DNA from: an uncultured archaeon
Lineage (GTDB): Archaea; Asgardarchaeota; Heimdallarchaeia; Heimdallarchaeales; Heimdallarchaeaceae
Direction of reading: 5' to 3'
DNA length: 64,000 nucleotides
NCBI GenBank assembly: GCA_964534625.1
Contig: CAZHRF010000005.1
Span: 1-64,000, forward strand
How positions within the stretch are numbered: position 1 is the stretch's first letter; each line of letters begins with the position of its first letter. Positions 30,369 to 40,898 of the stretch are shown one piece after another. A program made the translations under genes and the position numbers. Under the pieces are notes generated by a model. The model was not told the origin of the DNA. It saw only the letters and a list, made by a program, of their open reading frames with translations, and searched no databases.

Positions 30369-30517
30369 TGTCCTTTTTCTTATCTTTTTTTAAAGGTCAA
30401 TGCCTAGAACATTGTTATCATAATAGTTTTATTTCGATTTTTTTATCCAGAAGGAAAACAGTATACATTAAATAATAGTATAAAATTAAAATAAGATTAA
30501 ATGAGAATGAATAAAAA

Positions 30518-31222
30518 TTAGAGTTTAGCTTGTAATCGTTGAAATTCTTCTTCAATATGTGCTATTTTTATCCCTAAGCTATCCATAAGAACAAAACACC
30601 AGCCTAAAAACAAGTGCACAAAACCTTTGGCTCCAGCATCCACTACGCCCCTTTCTTTTAATACAGGCAATAGGTTCGGTGTATTTTCTAGTGAAACAAG
30701 AGCTGTATTATATGTTTCAATAATCATTTCTTCCCAGTCTCCTCCTTTTTGTGCAATTTCTTTTGCCTTATCAGCTGTTTCTCGTATTACTGTCAACATC
30801 GTACCTTCTTGGGGGTTCATTACAGCTTCATATGATTCTTCACAACCAGTCTGTAATGCTTGTGCAAATTGTTCAATTCCTATTTCTTCATGTTTTTGAA
30901 CTTCTTCACTAAAGCCATAGAAAAATTGAGAGATAATAACACCAGAATTTCCTTTTGCACCAATGAACGATCCTTTTGTTATCAATTCAGCAGTTTCTTG
31001 AAGAGAAGAAGGATCTGAAGATTCAAATTGTTCAATTACTGTCCGAATTGTAAGATATAAATTAACACCAGTATCACCATCAGGCACTGGGAAAACATTA
31101 ATAGCATTTATTTCTTCTTTTGTCCTTTCTAAATTGTCAGCTGCACTAATCATCATTTTTTTCAAAGTTGTTCCATCTATTGTTGTCCTTCCGTACATAT
31201 CTTCACCCAACTTTATTTTCAA
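30518..31222 (-). CDS. Stand-alone DAK2 domain protein (FakA/YloV N-terminal type)
   Basis: INAINVFPVPDGDTGVN, GAKGNSGVIISQ, EGTMLTV and GVVDAGAKG motifs. Confidence 0.88.
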   Translation of the reverse strand: MKIKLGEDMYGRTTIDGTTLKKMMISAADNLERTKEEINAINVFPVPDGDTGVNLYLTIRTVIEQFESSDPSSLQETAELITKGSFIGAKGNSGVIISQFFYGFSEEVQKHEEIGIEQFAQALQTGCEESYEAVMNPQEGTMLTVIRETADKAKEIAQKGGDWEEMIIETYNTALVSLENTPNLLPVLKERGVVDAGAKGFVHLFLGWCFVLMDSLGIKIAHIEEEFQRLQAKL

Positions 31223-31485
31223 TTTTATCTTCCTAAAGAGCTATATATATTTTACTTGTTTATATTTCCATATAATATTCTATGGAGACGAGAGCTTTTA
31301 TATATGATAACTTTTGCTCATGCTTATCTTAAACTTTGCATTTATAAATCTACGCGTATTTCTTATTATATCGCCATATAATATTGATCTAGACTTATTC
31401 ACCATTAGTATATAAGAATGAATCTTTATTAATTACACATATTTCATGAAGAGGTTTTATTTTGTTTATAAACTAATTTGCTGAT

Positions 31486-31710
31486 TTATTCAGTCATTCC
31501 AGGACAAAAGCACACTTCAGTCTGTTCTCTAATAAAAGTATTTAGACCATTTTTTTTTCATTCTTTTTAGATTCTCAACAGTCTGATGATGATTTTTATT
31601 TCCATCATTTGCAAAATCAATTAAATTTCTTCAAGGAAATTCTACGCATTCAAAACAATACTTTATTTTTCGTTTCTGAGCGCATAATCTGAACATACAT
31701 CCATTCTGGA
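31486..31710 (-). pseudogene. DUF3795-like Cys-rich gene remnant
   Basis: Minus strand reads CMFRLCAQKRKIKYCFECVEFP*RNLIDFANDG...HHQTVENLKRMKK, then a frameshift in an A9 run before GLNTFIREQTEVCFCPG; stops upstream. Confidence 0.65.
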
Positions 31711-31791
31711 CTTGTCATTACCATTTCTCATAGAAAACATATTTATTTTACTATTTAAAACTTAAAGAAAAAAGAGAGGAATAAATTTTTC

Positions 31792-34731
31792 TCATTCTAA
31801 CAACAATGCGGGTTTCATTGGTCTTGCTTTATTGGCTTTCTTTTTAGGGTCATAGATTTCTTTATCATCTGCCATATGAATCTTTATTTTGGTTCCACCA
31901 TATTTTTTGCTAATATAGTTCATATACCCCTCCACAGCTTCTTTCTGTTTCTGTGGAGCTATCATTTGTATTTTAAAGATTGAAGGATCTTTCATCATTT
32001 GTTTTGCTTCATTTGCTATTTCAGCCATATGTTTTTGTAATTCACCATCTTTTTTTGCTGCCCCCATCAATTTACCTATATTAACAGCTTCTTCTTTGAA
32101 CATTTCCTTTACTTTTTCATATAGATGGTTCTTCCATTTACTATTAATATAGATATGAATCTTTTTTGGTTTAGAATCTACCAATTTTACAATTTGATCA
32201 ATATCTTCTACTAAATTATCAATAAATTTTGATTGTCTTGCATGCAGTCTGTCTTGTTCTGTCAATTCTTTAACTTGCATTTTTCTTATAGAGATAAAAG
32301 GATCGCCACCTATTCTCTCATTTATTTCATCAGCAATGTGAGGAATAACTGGTGACATTACATCAATTATTTTTTCTATTGTTTTTCTTATCACTGTATC
32401 CTTTTCATCATTTTTTATCAATTTTGAAACTTTTGCATATTTATCCAACACTCTAAGATTGGCATAGAAACCATCTAGAATGTAATCACGGGCATTATAT
32501 TCACCCATATACTTAATAGCTTGAATTACATTTGATTTTACTGTAGATAATGTTACTTTTGATACAAAAGAATATTCATCTATATTTTTCTCTTTTGTAC
32601 TTACAGCTATTTTTGCATAGTTCCAGAATTTTTTTAATTGTTGTTTAGCGAAATTTACTTCTTTTTCTCTCCAATCCACTACACTATCAGCAGAAGCAAC
32701 AGAAGCCAAATGTAACCTCGTTAAATCTACGCTGTATTTTTCTGGAATTTGAGCCAGAGGTATAACATTACCTTTACTCTTTCCCATTTTTTGTCCTTCT
32801 CTAATTAATAGTTCATTCAATGAAAATGCTTTAACCCAATATTTTTCAGGGAAGATAGCTGCATGATGATAGATTGTAAAGGATAAATGATTTGATAGAT
32901 GAGCGACTGCTGTATGCCTTACATCATTAGGATACCAATAATCGAATTCTTTTCTCATCTGCTTTAGTACATCAATTGGTATAGAGGTTTTTTCACTAAC
33001 AGTTCCCATATCACCTTTGTCTAAGAAAACATAATTGTAGAACTCAGGTAATAATTGTTCTGCTTTGATATCATTTTGTTTTATTTGTTTAATTATTGTA
33101 TAAAAAGCCATATAGATAACGGAATCACTTAAGGATTCGATTATCCATCCTTTTCCCTTAGTAATTGGAAATTCTGTTCCCAATCCTCTTTTTCTTACAC
33201 ATGGCCTTTTGTCTAACCAATCCAACGTATTTTCAAAGCTTTGCCTGTATTTATTCGGAATAATATCCATAGTTTTTAGCGCTTTTTTTGCTAGTTCATT
33301 CCATTCTTCATTACCATAGTTTAAGAAGTATTGATCTTCAATCACAGCCACAATTATTTTGGTTCCACATCTACAGTATGCAACTTGTGAAACTTCATAA
33401 ATACTGGTTCCGCGATTTTGTTTTTGTAATTCTTTAGAAACAATATCTTTTGCTTTATCAACTCTTGTGCCTTTAAATTTGCCAGTATTATCTTTCATTA
33501 TACCAGAGTAATATTCAGCCTTGTATATTGTCTGTGTTGCTTCAGTTAGTTTTTCTTTATCATCTTGACTAGTTACCCCTAGTTTGTCACATATTTCAAC
33601 AGCGGGCCATTTTCCATATCCCCCAACCTTTATCATTGAAATCGGTTCTATGCCCTTCAACCTTTCTTTGTCCAATCCATATTCTTTGATTCTTTTTTCA
33701 TCTTTCTGCAAATCAACTAAAGCAGCATAATCGTAAGGTGCATGAGCAGGAACACTATAGACGATCCCTGTGGCATGCTTTGTATCAACAAATTTAGCAG
33801 GATAAATGGGGAGCTTTTCCCCCGTAATTGGTACCTCAACTGTTTGATCTATCAATTTTTCGCCTTTAAAACTGGAAATAATATCTATTTCATGATTTTG
33901 TTCTTTTAATTTATCTATTGAATCAGATGAAACGATCCATTTTTCGCCATCTATTTTAATCTTTGAATGACTAGCGGAAGGGTTAATCCAGATGTTTGTT
34001 GCACCAAAGATAGTTTCTGGTCTTAAAGTAGCTGCTACCATATAGGTTTCATCATCGAATTTATATTTAATCCCTACAAACTCACTTACTTCTGTTTTAT
34101 CTTCATCTCCCCCTTGAATATCATCCTCACCAACAGCGTTTCTGCAGTTTTTACAGTATAAAATAGGATATGTTCCTTTTACAATGTACCCTTTATCATT
34201 TAATAGTCTATATTGCCATTCTATGAATGTATTATATTCAGGATCGCCTGTTGTAAATTCTCTCGTAAAATCGATTGAGAAACCCATTCTCTGGAAATCC
34301 TCTTTTAATTTGCTTGCAAAGTAATGTGCAACATTCAGTGGATTTTCAAACGATTTCAATATTTCATTTATTTTATCTGAATCAGTCTCATAAATTTCCA
34401 AATATTCTCTGTATTTCTTGATCTCTTTTTTATTATTTTCGCGTATTTTTGATGATACAGAGAGAATTGGTGTACCAGTAATATGATAGGCCATGGGAAA
34501 AAATACATTATAACCTAATTTTCTTTTATACCTTGCAAATAAATCACCTAGATTATAAGTTCTACAATGACCAATGTGTAAAGGACCACTCGCATAAGGG
34601 TAAGGAATTGTTAAATACCATTTCTCTTTATTTTCATGTATTTTTCCCTCAAATACTCTTTCTGTTTGCCATTTTTTCTGCCATTTGCTTTCTATCTTAT
34701 GTAATTCATCTAAAAACGTCTCTGTTCCCAT
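31792..34731 (-). CDS. leuS: Leucine--tRNA ligase, archaeal/eukaryotic type
   Basis: YPYASGPLHIGH, ATLRPETIFG, SVPAHAPYDY, IESLSDSVIY and KMGKSKGN motifs. Confidence 0.97.
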   Translation of the reverse strand: MGTETFLDELHKIESKWQKKWQTERVFEGKIHENKEKWYLTIPYPYASGPLHIGHCRTYNLGDLFARYKRKLGYNVFFPMAYHITGTPILSVSSKIRENNKKEIKKYREYLEIYETDSDKINEILKSFENPLNVAHYFASKLKEDFQRMGFSIDFTREFTTGDPEYNTFIEWQYRLLNDKGYIVKGTYPILYCKNCRNAVGEDDIQGGDEDKTEVSEFVGIKYKFDDETYMVAATLRPETIFGATNIWINPSASHSKIKIDGEKWIVSSDSIDKLKEQNHEIDIISSFKGEKLIDQTVEVPITGEKLPIYPAKFVDTKHATGIVYSVPAHAPYDYAALVDLQKDEKRIKEYGLDKERLKGIEPISMIKVGGYGKWPAVEICDKLGVTSQDDKEKLTEATQTIYKAEYYSGIMKDNTGKFKGTRVDKAKDIVSKELQKQNRGTSIYEVSQVAYCRCGTKIIVAVIEDQYFLNYGNEEWNELAKKALKTMDIIPNKYRQSFENTLDWLDKRPCVRKRGLGTEFPITKGKGWIIESLSDSVIYMAFYTIIKQIKQNDIKAEQLLPEFYNYVFLDKGDMGTVSEKTSIPIDVLKQMRKEFDYWYPNDVRHTAVAHLSNHLSFTIYHHAAIFPEKYWVKAFSLNELLIREGQKMGKSKGNVIPLAQIPEKYSVDLTRLHLASVASADSVVDWREKEVNFAKQQLKKFWNYAKIAVSTKEKNIDEYSFVSKVTLSTVKSNVIQAIKYMGEYNARDYILDGFYANLRVLDKYAKVSKLIKNDEKDTVIRKTIEKIIDVMSPVIPHIADEINERIGGDPFISIRKMQVKELTEQDRLHARQSKFIDNLVEDIDQIVKLVDSKPKKIHIYINSKWKNHLYEKVKEMFKEEAVNIGKLMGAAKKDGELQKHMAEIANEAKQMMKDPSIFKIQMIAPQKQKEAVEGYMNYISKKYGGTKIKIHMADDKEIYDPKKKANKARPMKPALLLE

Positions 34732-35109
34732 TTTTTACACCTAAATATTTTGATAAATACCTTTTCTCATGTATGTCTAATACTCTGCTCAATTCTTGAA
34801 CAAAACTAGTATAACAAAAACTTTTGCTCTTGGTCAAAAAGCTAGTATTTTTACATTTATAAAGTACTAAAATCTGGAAATCACTAAAAGTAGTTTTTTT
34901 ATCTCTTCTGAAGAAGAACACATTCACCATTCATTGCGATTTCCTCATATTTATTTGACTGTTTGCATTTTTAACTCTATCGACTTTAGTCATAATAAAT
35001 TTTAGCATGATAAAACTAGCTGACAATGAAATACAATTTGTGGTTATACCAACTTATTTTTAAAGAGAGTTTTGAGATATTACTCACTAATAATTGAGAT
35101 TGATTTTTC

Positions 35110-35928
35110 ATGCAAACAAATATGAAAACTGAAGAAGATAAGAAAATTGAAGACACGTTATCTCATATCAAATACAAACTAGCTGTTTTATCTGGTAAAG
35201 GCGGTACAGGTAAGACAACTGTTGCAGTTAATTTAGCCCAAACCTTAGCTGATAAAGGATATAAAGTGGGCATATTAGACGCCGATATTACGGGACCTAA
35301 TGTCCCATTAATGTTTGGTGTTGAATTCGAACAGTTAACCAGCGAGGATAACAAAATAAAACCTATTGAAATTGGGAACTTAAAAATTGTTTCTATGGAG
35401 CTATTACTTGAAAACAAAAGGAAAGCCATTATTTGGAGAGGTCCCTTAAAGATTAAAGCGTTAAAGCAATTTATTGGAGATGTAGCGTGGGGTGAACTTG
35501 ATTATCTTATTGTTGATCTTCCTCCTGGTAGTAGCGATGAACCTCTCTCAATTGTACAGATTATCAAAGATTTAGATGGTATGGTAATTGTTACGACTCC
35601 ACAACAAGTATCGCTATTAGATGTAGGAAAATCTATTGACTTTGCAAATGCAACTAAAGTTCCAATATTAGGAATAATCGAAAATATGTCAGGTTTCGCT
35701 TGTCCTCATTGTGGCGAAGTAACTAACATTTTCCGTAAAGGAGGAGGCCAGGAAATAGCTGAAGAATTAAATTTGACATTTCTTGGAGCCATTCCCCTTA
35801 TCCCTAGTATCTGTGAATCTGGTGATGAAGGAAAACCAGCTGTTAAATCCAACGATAAAGTAAAAAAAGTGTTTTCTGATATTACTGATCAGCTTATTAC
35901 AAAAGTAAAGAAAGAAGTAACAGAATAA
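35110..35928 (+). CDS. Mrp/NBP35 (ApbC) Fe-S cluster carrier ATPase
   Basis: SGKGGTGKTT, IWRGP, DLPPG, TTPQ and ENMSGFACPHC motifs. Confidence 0.94.
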   Translation: MQTNMKTEEDKKIEDTLSHIKYKLAVLSGKGGTGKTTVAVNLAQTLADKGYKVGILDADITGPNVPLMFGVEFEQLTSEDNKIKPIEIGNLKIVSMELLLENKRKAIIWRGPLKIKALKQFIGDVAWGELDYLIVDLPPGSSDEPLSIVQIIKDLDGMVIVTTPQQVSLLDVGKSIDFANATKVPILGIIENMSGFACPHCGEVTNIFRKGGGQEIAEELNLTFLGAIPLIPSICESGDEGKPAVKSNDKVKKVFSDITDQLITKVKKEVTE

Positions 35929-35942
35929 TATTTAACTTCAAA

Positions 35943-36449
35943 TTAACTTTCTTTTTCTTGTTCTATTAATTTCTTTTTTGTTTTTCTTCCATTTCGTCCT
36001 GAATAATTTCCCATATTGCCATTAGATAAAATTACTCTATGACATGGAATTATTGGTGCAAAACGGTTTTTAGCCATTACATTTCCAACAAATCTGGCAG
36101 CACCAGGAAAACCAGCTTTTTTGGCAAGTTCTCCATAACTTATAAGCTGACCCGGAGGTACAGTTAGTAGGGTTTCCAACACTTGTTGCTCTTTTCCAGA
36201 GTATTCTCGGAAATCAAATACAATATCTAGTATATCAAAACAAGTTCCTTCTACAATATTCCTTATTGTCTGAATCACAATATTTTCATTATTCTCTTCT
36301 ATCTCCATATTTCCTTTGTATTGTTTCATCAGATAGGCTACAAGTTCTTTCTTCGTCTCAAACAAAAAACTTGTTGAATATAATTTGCCTTCCTCGGTGA
36401 ATAAAGCACCATACCATTGATTTTCTCCTTCACCAATTACCATTTTCAT
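35943..36449 (-). CDS. ogt: Methylated-DNA--protein-cysteine methyltransferase
   Basis: SYGELA, AARFVG and IPCHRV active-site motifs. Confidence 0.93.
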   Translation of the reverse strand: MKMVIGEGENQWYGALFTEEGKLYSTSFLFETKKELVAYLMKQYKGNMEIEENNENIVIQTIRNIVEGTCFDILDIVFDFREYSGKEQQVLETLLTVPPGQLISYGELAKKAGFPGAARFVGNVMAKNRFAPIIPCHRVILSNGNMGNYSGRNGRKTKKKLIEQEKES

Positions 36450-36516
36450 AGTTATATATTTAGTTCAAACCTTTATATACTTTGATTTTATTGGAAGTCT
36501 TGAAAAAAAGTTTCAG

Positions 36517-37566
36517 GTGTATTCATTGTATAATCTCGAAAAACTGCATCAATATTTATATGAAAATTTCAAAAAATATTTCTCCGAATGGCAGAACCTG
36601 AAGATAACAGATCTAGAAGATATCACTTCTGGATGGGAAGCAGATCTTTTTTCATTTCAGTTAGAATATGAGATTAATGGAAATTTGACTATCAAGGATT
36701 TTGTCTTACGAATACATTCTGGGACTATAGCGTCTAATAAAACAGAACGAGAATATTTCATTTTACAGAAACTAATTGAAGTAAATTTTTTTGTTCCTAA
36801 AGTGTTTTTTATGGATTTAAACCTAGGGAAAAATAAATCAGGTTTTGTTATGGAAAAAATAATGGGAGAAAATATGGGACTACTAATACTTGCCTTTAAT
36901 AGTGAAGAACAAAAAAATCAACTTCTTAAACTTTTCATTAAAATTTTTACTCAATTGCACAAATTAAACTGGGAAATAGCAGTTAAAGATACTAATCTAT
37001 ATGAAAATGCACCTATAACTTATTTTATCGAAAAAAAAATTGATACATATCAAAACCAAATCACCAGATATAACCTACATGAATTAATCCCCATAATTTC
37101 TTGGTTAAAAGAGAATATGCCAGAAGATTTAGAAATACATCTAGCAATTAATCATAATGATTTTCACCCGCATAATATTCTTTTAACAAACGACAATAAA
37201 TTGTTCATAATAGATTGGACAGCCTACCAAATAAATGACTATAGATTTGATCTTGCATGGACATTAGTCCTTTTTTATGGTTTCATGGGACAAAGCCATC
37301 GAGATTTAATACTTAAGATGTATAAAAAAAATAGTCAAAAAGATATTTCGCATATTGAATATTTTGAAGTTTTTGCAATCCTTAGACGATTAAGTGATAT
37401 ATTAATGGTACTTACAAAAGCATCGCAAACCATCGGTTTAAGAGAAAATTCTCGAGAGAAGATATTAGAATCAAAAAATCATATTTTCAAGCTTCTTGAA
37501 TTGCTTGAAAAGAGAACGGAGTCAAAATACGATGAACTAAGAACATTAATTGATAGCTTAGTTTAA
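36517..37566 (+). CDS. Aminoglycoside phosphotransferase (APH)/kinase-like protein
   Basis: HNDFHPHNIL, IIDW and DLAW motifs. Confidence 0.85.
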   Translation: MYSLYNLEKLHQYLYENFKKYFSEWQNLKITDLEDITSGWEADLFSFQLEYEINGNLTIKDFVLRIHSGTIASNKTEREYFILQKLIEVNFFVPKVFFMDLNLGKNKSGFVMEKIMGENMGLLILAFNSEEQKNQLLKLFIKIFTQLHKLNWEIAVKDTNLYENAPITYFIEKKIDTYQNQITRYNLHELIPIISWLKENMPEDLEIHLAINHNDFHPHNILLTNDNKLFIIDWTAYQINDYRFDLAWTLVLFYGFMGQSHRDLILKMYKKNSQKDISHIEYFEVFAILRRLSDILMVLTKASQTIGLRENSREKILESKNHIFKLLELLEKRTESKYDELRTLIDSLV

Positions 37567-37646
37567 TTATTGATGGTAATAGTTTTTACTAAATGGTCAG
37601 TTGTGTCCATTATATTAATATGGGGTGACCAATCAATTGAATACTG

Positions 37647-40600
37647 GTGCTTATTATGACAAAAGAAAAAGGAACAATAAAAAAATATAACCCATCGATG
37701 GCAAAAGAAGTAGCAGAGATGTTCAACACGTTTCATGAACTATGGCCAGGTGGTTTTGGGGGCGGCACACCTTATGATGAACAACGGGTCAGAGATTGGT
37801 TAGATAATTCTACTGCCATTGCTGATTTAATTGCACTTGATGCGGAAGGTACACCTGTAGGGTATTGTGGTCTTTATCCTCATTGGAAAGAATCAAATGT
37901 TGCATATATCAATATAATTGGCGTTACACCGAGTGTTTTAGGTAAAAAGTTTGGTAAGCGATTACTACTTAAGGCATTAGAAGTGGCCAAAGAGAAGGGT
38001 ATATACAGAGTTGATCTACACACGTGGAGCGGTAACATGAAGGCAGTTCCTCTCTACAAAAAAGTGGGATTATTCTGGGTTCCAGATACAAGTGTGTATA
38101 TGCAAGATTACATTCCTGGTTTACTGAATATTAGTTTTGCCCGAAAATGGTTTGACAAGCATCCCGACTGGTATGGATGTTTTGAAAGAGAGCTAAAACA
38201 ACAACCAGATGCAGATAAAGTTGACAATATGCAAATATACCAATATAAATTTACACGAGAAGATGATTTATTGATCGCTGAAGTAGATAGGTATGGGTTT
38301 GGTTTTTGTGGCTTTAGCAGAAAATTAGATGGCAAAACAGTACTTGCTAGGACTAAATTAGAGGATCATCACATTCATATAGGAATTGAAAATTCTCTTA
38401 CCATTAGTTTACTTAATGAATCAGGCAATGATGTAAATATTTCTTTAGATATTAAACCATTCAAAGGCTTAAAATTTACTGAATCATTTCCACAGACTGT
38501 TTTTTTACAAAACGGCGAAAGTATAGAGATTACAAGAAAGTTTATTGTTAACAAGTCTGCTAAACTTTTTGAAGGAGATCAAAACCAAAATGAAAAGATA
38601 ACAACGAGAATATCGTTTGATAACGAAAACATCCAATTGATAACTAGTGGTAAGATACAATCTGCAGTAGAGATTAGTTTTGATAAAGATGTCCAAATCC
38701 TTCCTAGAATTAATGATGAAACAACAATAATAGATTTTAACTTAATCAATCATACTACCCTTTCTCTAGGGGTTAAAGTAGACACGTTTCTAGAAGGAGT
38801 AGACAACAGCTATCAAAGTATGAATATTTCCTTGAAGCCTAAGGCGAGAACAAGTATACAAGTTCCTTTTCCTTTTTCCTTCAATTCAAGTAAAACAAAA
38901 GTTATGCTTCACGCTATTCCCTTTATTAAAAGTAAAGGCCCTGAACTTATACAGTTGCCCAAATATGTTCACCCAATTGTACCTAATATAAGAGGACTTA
39001 TTGAATTCATGAAAAAGGATAAAAAGATAATCGTCGTTACTGATCTTTTAGCTATTACTGCCCACTTAGAAGGTGGAAATACAATAATAAAAAACAAACA
39101 AGGAGATGGTCATACAAAAGTTATTCGTTTTGAAGCAGGTCCCCCATATGGTATAAATCTCGATCGTTCTCTATTATACGATTATTCAATAAAAGATTCT
39201 AAAGATTCTCTTGAACTAATACTATTTGCTAATAGTTTACATATTCATGGATTGGAAATCGCCCATCATATTAAAGTCCAAGCAAGCGTTCCTGAGGTAG
39301 AGTACTGGATCACTTATACAAACATGCGCACTACTAACATCATTGCAACTGCTAGAACACACACGGGATGGCAGGGTATTCGTTTTTCTGCTTTTGATAG
39401 CATTAGTAAATCTTATACCCCGCTTTGCAATAAGATTGTAGAAAGTTCTCCAAACACAAAAATGATTAGCGGAAATTATATTTCTCAAGATCCTGAAGAG
39501 TGGAAAGAAACTTGGACCGCAGAAGAACGCTATTTTGATGGTTCATTTAATGCTTGGATTTGGAAACCAGATAATGTTAGTAAAATATCAGTGACAAATG
39601 GTACATTGAATCAATTAGAATCAGATTCTGTTGAACTAAAACCCGGTCAGAGCTATCAACCAGTCCATCTCTGGTATTTAACTGACCAAACATCAATCTA
39701 TTCTATAAGAGAACGATGGAATCAAATTTTTGGATATAAAACTTATGAGAGTATAAAAGACATAACAGATAGTATAGTTAAACCTCTTGAAATAACTTTG
39801 AAAGATGATAATCTGGTAGAAAGTGGTAAAAGGTGTGAAAAAAGAGTTCAATTAAGCATTATTTCTGACTATCCTCTTCAAGGTACACTATCTTTAAATG
39901 TACCATTAAACTGGCAAGCGTTTTTTAAACAGGATAATGAATTGCAAAAAGAGATATCAATTGAATCTATGCTAACAGATAAAGTGCTGAATGTGAATGT
40001 CATCATTGATGTCCCAAAAAATGTTTCAAGTACTGTTGAAATACTCAAAATTATCTTTAATGGAGAGTTTTGTGAAGAATTTAAGATTGGTCTAATAGTT
40101 TATTCATCTGGTAAAATAAATATTAAGGAAGAAAAGCTTGAAAATGCACCTGTGCATTATATTGATAACGGACAAATACGTTTCTTCACTTCAAAATTAG
40201 GGGGAATACTATTTAGGTTAGAAAATAAACTCGGTCAAACATTTTTACAAGATAATTTTCCGGATTTTATCCCAAAACTTATGCTACAATATAATATAGG
40301 TGGTATTCAGCCTTATTTTATCTCTCCTTCGAGCAATAATCCCTTTGGTGAACCTGAAGATATGAACGTAGAACTAATCGAAATTGGACAATGGAAAGGT
40401 GTAAAGTTTTCTACTAGGATTGAAAAACAAGAAATACTAAAAGATCAAGAATATACCATATCTTACTTGACTTTACCAAATTCAAATGTTATCAAAATAA
40501 TTGCTGAACACTTCAATCCAAAAAAGAAAACCATTGAATCGAGTATCGTTCTTAACTCTGATATTGCTATTAATAACAAAACAGATAACATCAAAACAAT

Positions 40601-40892
40601 AATTCCAGAGAAAAATGATTTGTTCATTCGCAATCCAAGTGAGAAACAATATATTAGTCAATTGATACCTAAAAATGCATGGGTAAGATTCGAAAATGGA
40701 AGCCAATCATATTCCATTGTTGTATCAAGCAGCACTTGGGGAGGTGTGTCTGCATTTGATCTGGGAATGCTAATATCAGGATGGTTAATTTCTGTACAAA
40801 AAACAAACCCTAGAGAAAGAAAAAAACTTGAATTTTATGTTGTAGTAGATGAAAGTATAGACGTTGTAAAAAGACTTCAAACTCTACTATAA
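37647..40892 (+). CDS. Large protein with N-terminal GNAT acetyltransferase and long beta-rich C-terminal region
   Basis: LGKKFGKRLL (motif A) and NMKAVPLYKKVG (motif B); the remaining ~900 aa are unassigned. Confidence 0.75.
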   Translation: MLIMTKEKGTIKKYNPSMAKEVAEMFNTFHELWPGGFGGGTPYDEQRVRDWLDNSTAIADLIALDAEGTPVGYCGLYPHWKESNVAYINIIGVTPSVLGKKFGKRLLLKALEVAKEKGIYRVDLHTWSGNMKAVPLYKKVGLFWVPDTSVYMQDYIPGLLNISFARKWFDKHPDWYGCFERELKQQPDADKVDNMQIYQYKFTREDDLLIAEVDRYGFGFCGFSRKLDGKTVLARTKLEDHHIHIGIENSLTISLLNESGNDVNISLDIKPFKGLKFTESFPQTVFLQNGESIEITRKFIVNKSAKLFEGDQNQNEKITTRISFDNENIQLITSGKIQSAVEISFDKDVQILPRINDETTIIDFNLINHTTLSLGVKVDTFLEGVDNSYQSMNISLKPKARTSIQVPFPFSFNSSKTKVMLHAIPFIKSKGPELIQLPKYVHPIVPNIRGLIEFMKKDKKIIVVTDLLAITAHLEGGNTIIKNKQGDGHTKVIRFEAGPPYGINLDRSLLYDYSIKDSKDSLELILFANSLHIHGLEIAHHIKVQASVPEVEYWITYTNMRTTNIIATARTHTGWQGIRFSAFDSISKSYTPLCNKIVESSPNTKMISGNYISQDPEEWKETWTAEERYFDGSFNAWIWKPDNVSKISVTNGTLNQLESDSVELKPGQSYQPVHLWYLTDQTSIYSIRERWNQIFGYKTYESIKDITDSIVKPLEITLKDDNLVESGKRCEKRVQLSIISDYPLQGTLSLNVPLNWQAFFKQDNELQKEISIESMLTDKVLNVNVIIDVPKNVSSTVEILKIIFNGEFCEEFKIGLIVYSSGKINIKEEKLENAPVHYIDNGQIRFFTSKLGGILFRLENKLGQTFLQDNFPDFIPKLMLQYNIGGIQPYFISPSSNNPFGEPEDMNVELIEIGQWKGVKFSTRIEKQEILKDQEYTISYLTLPNSNVIKIIAEHFNPKKKTIESSIVLNSDIAINNKTDNIKTIIPEKNDLFIRNPSEKQYISQLIPKNAWVRFENGSQSYSIVVSSSTWGGVSAFDLGMLISGWLISVQKTNPRERKKLEFYVVVDESIDVVKRLQTLL

Positions 40893-40898
40893 TATTTT

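Noticed and set aside
34804-34846. Possible hairpin upstream of leuS
   Set aside because: Mostly short A/T pairings expected by chance in AT-rich DNA.
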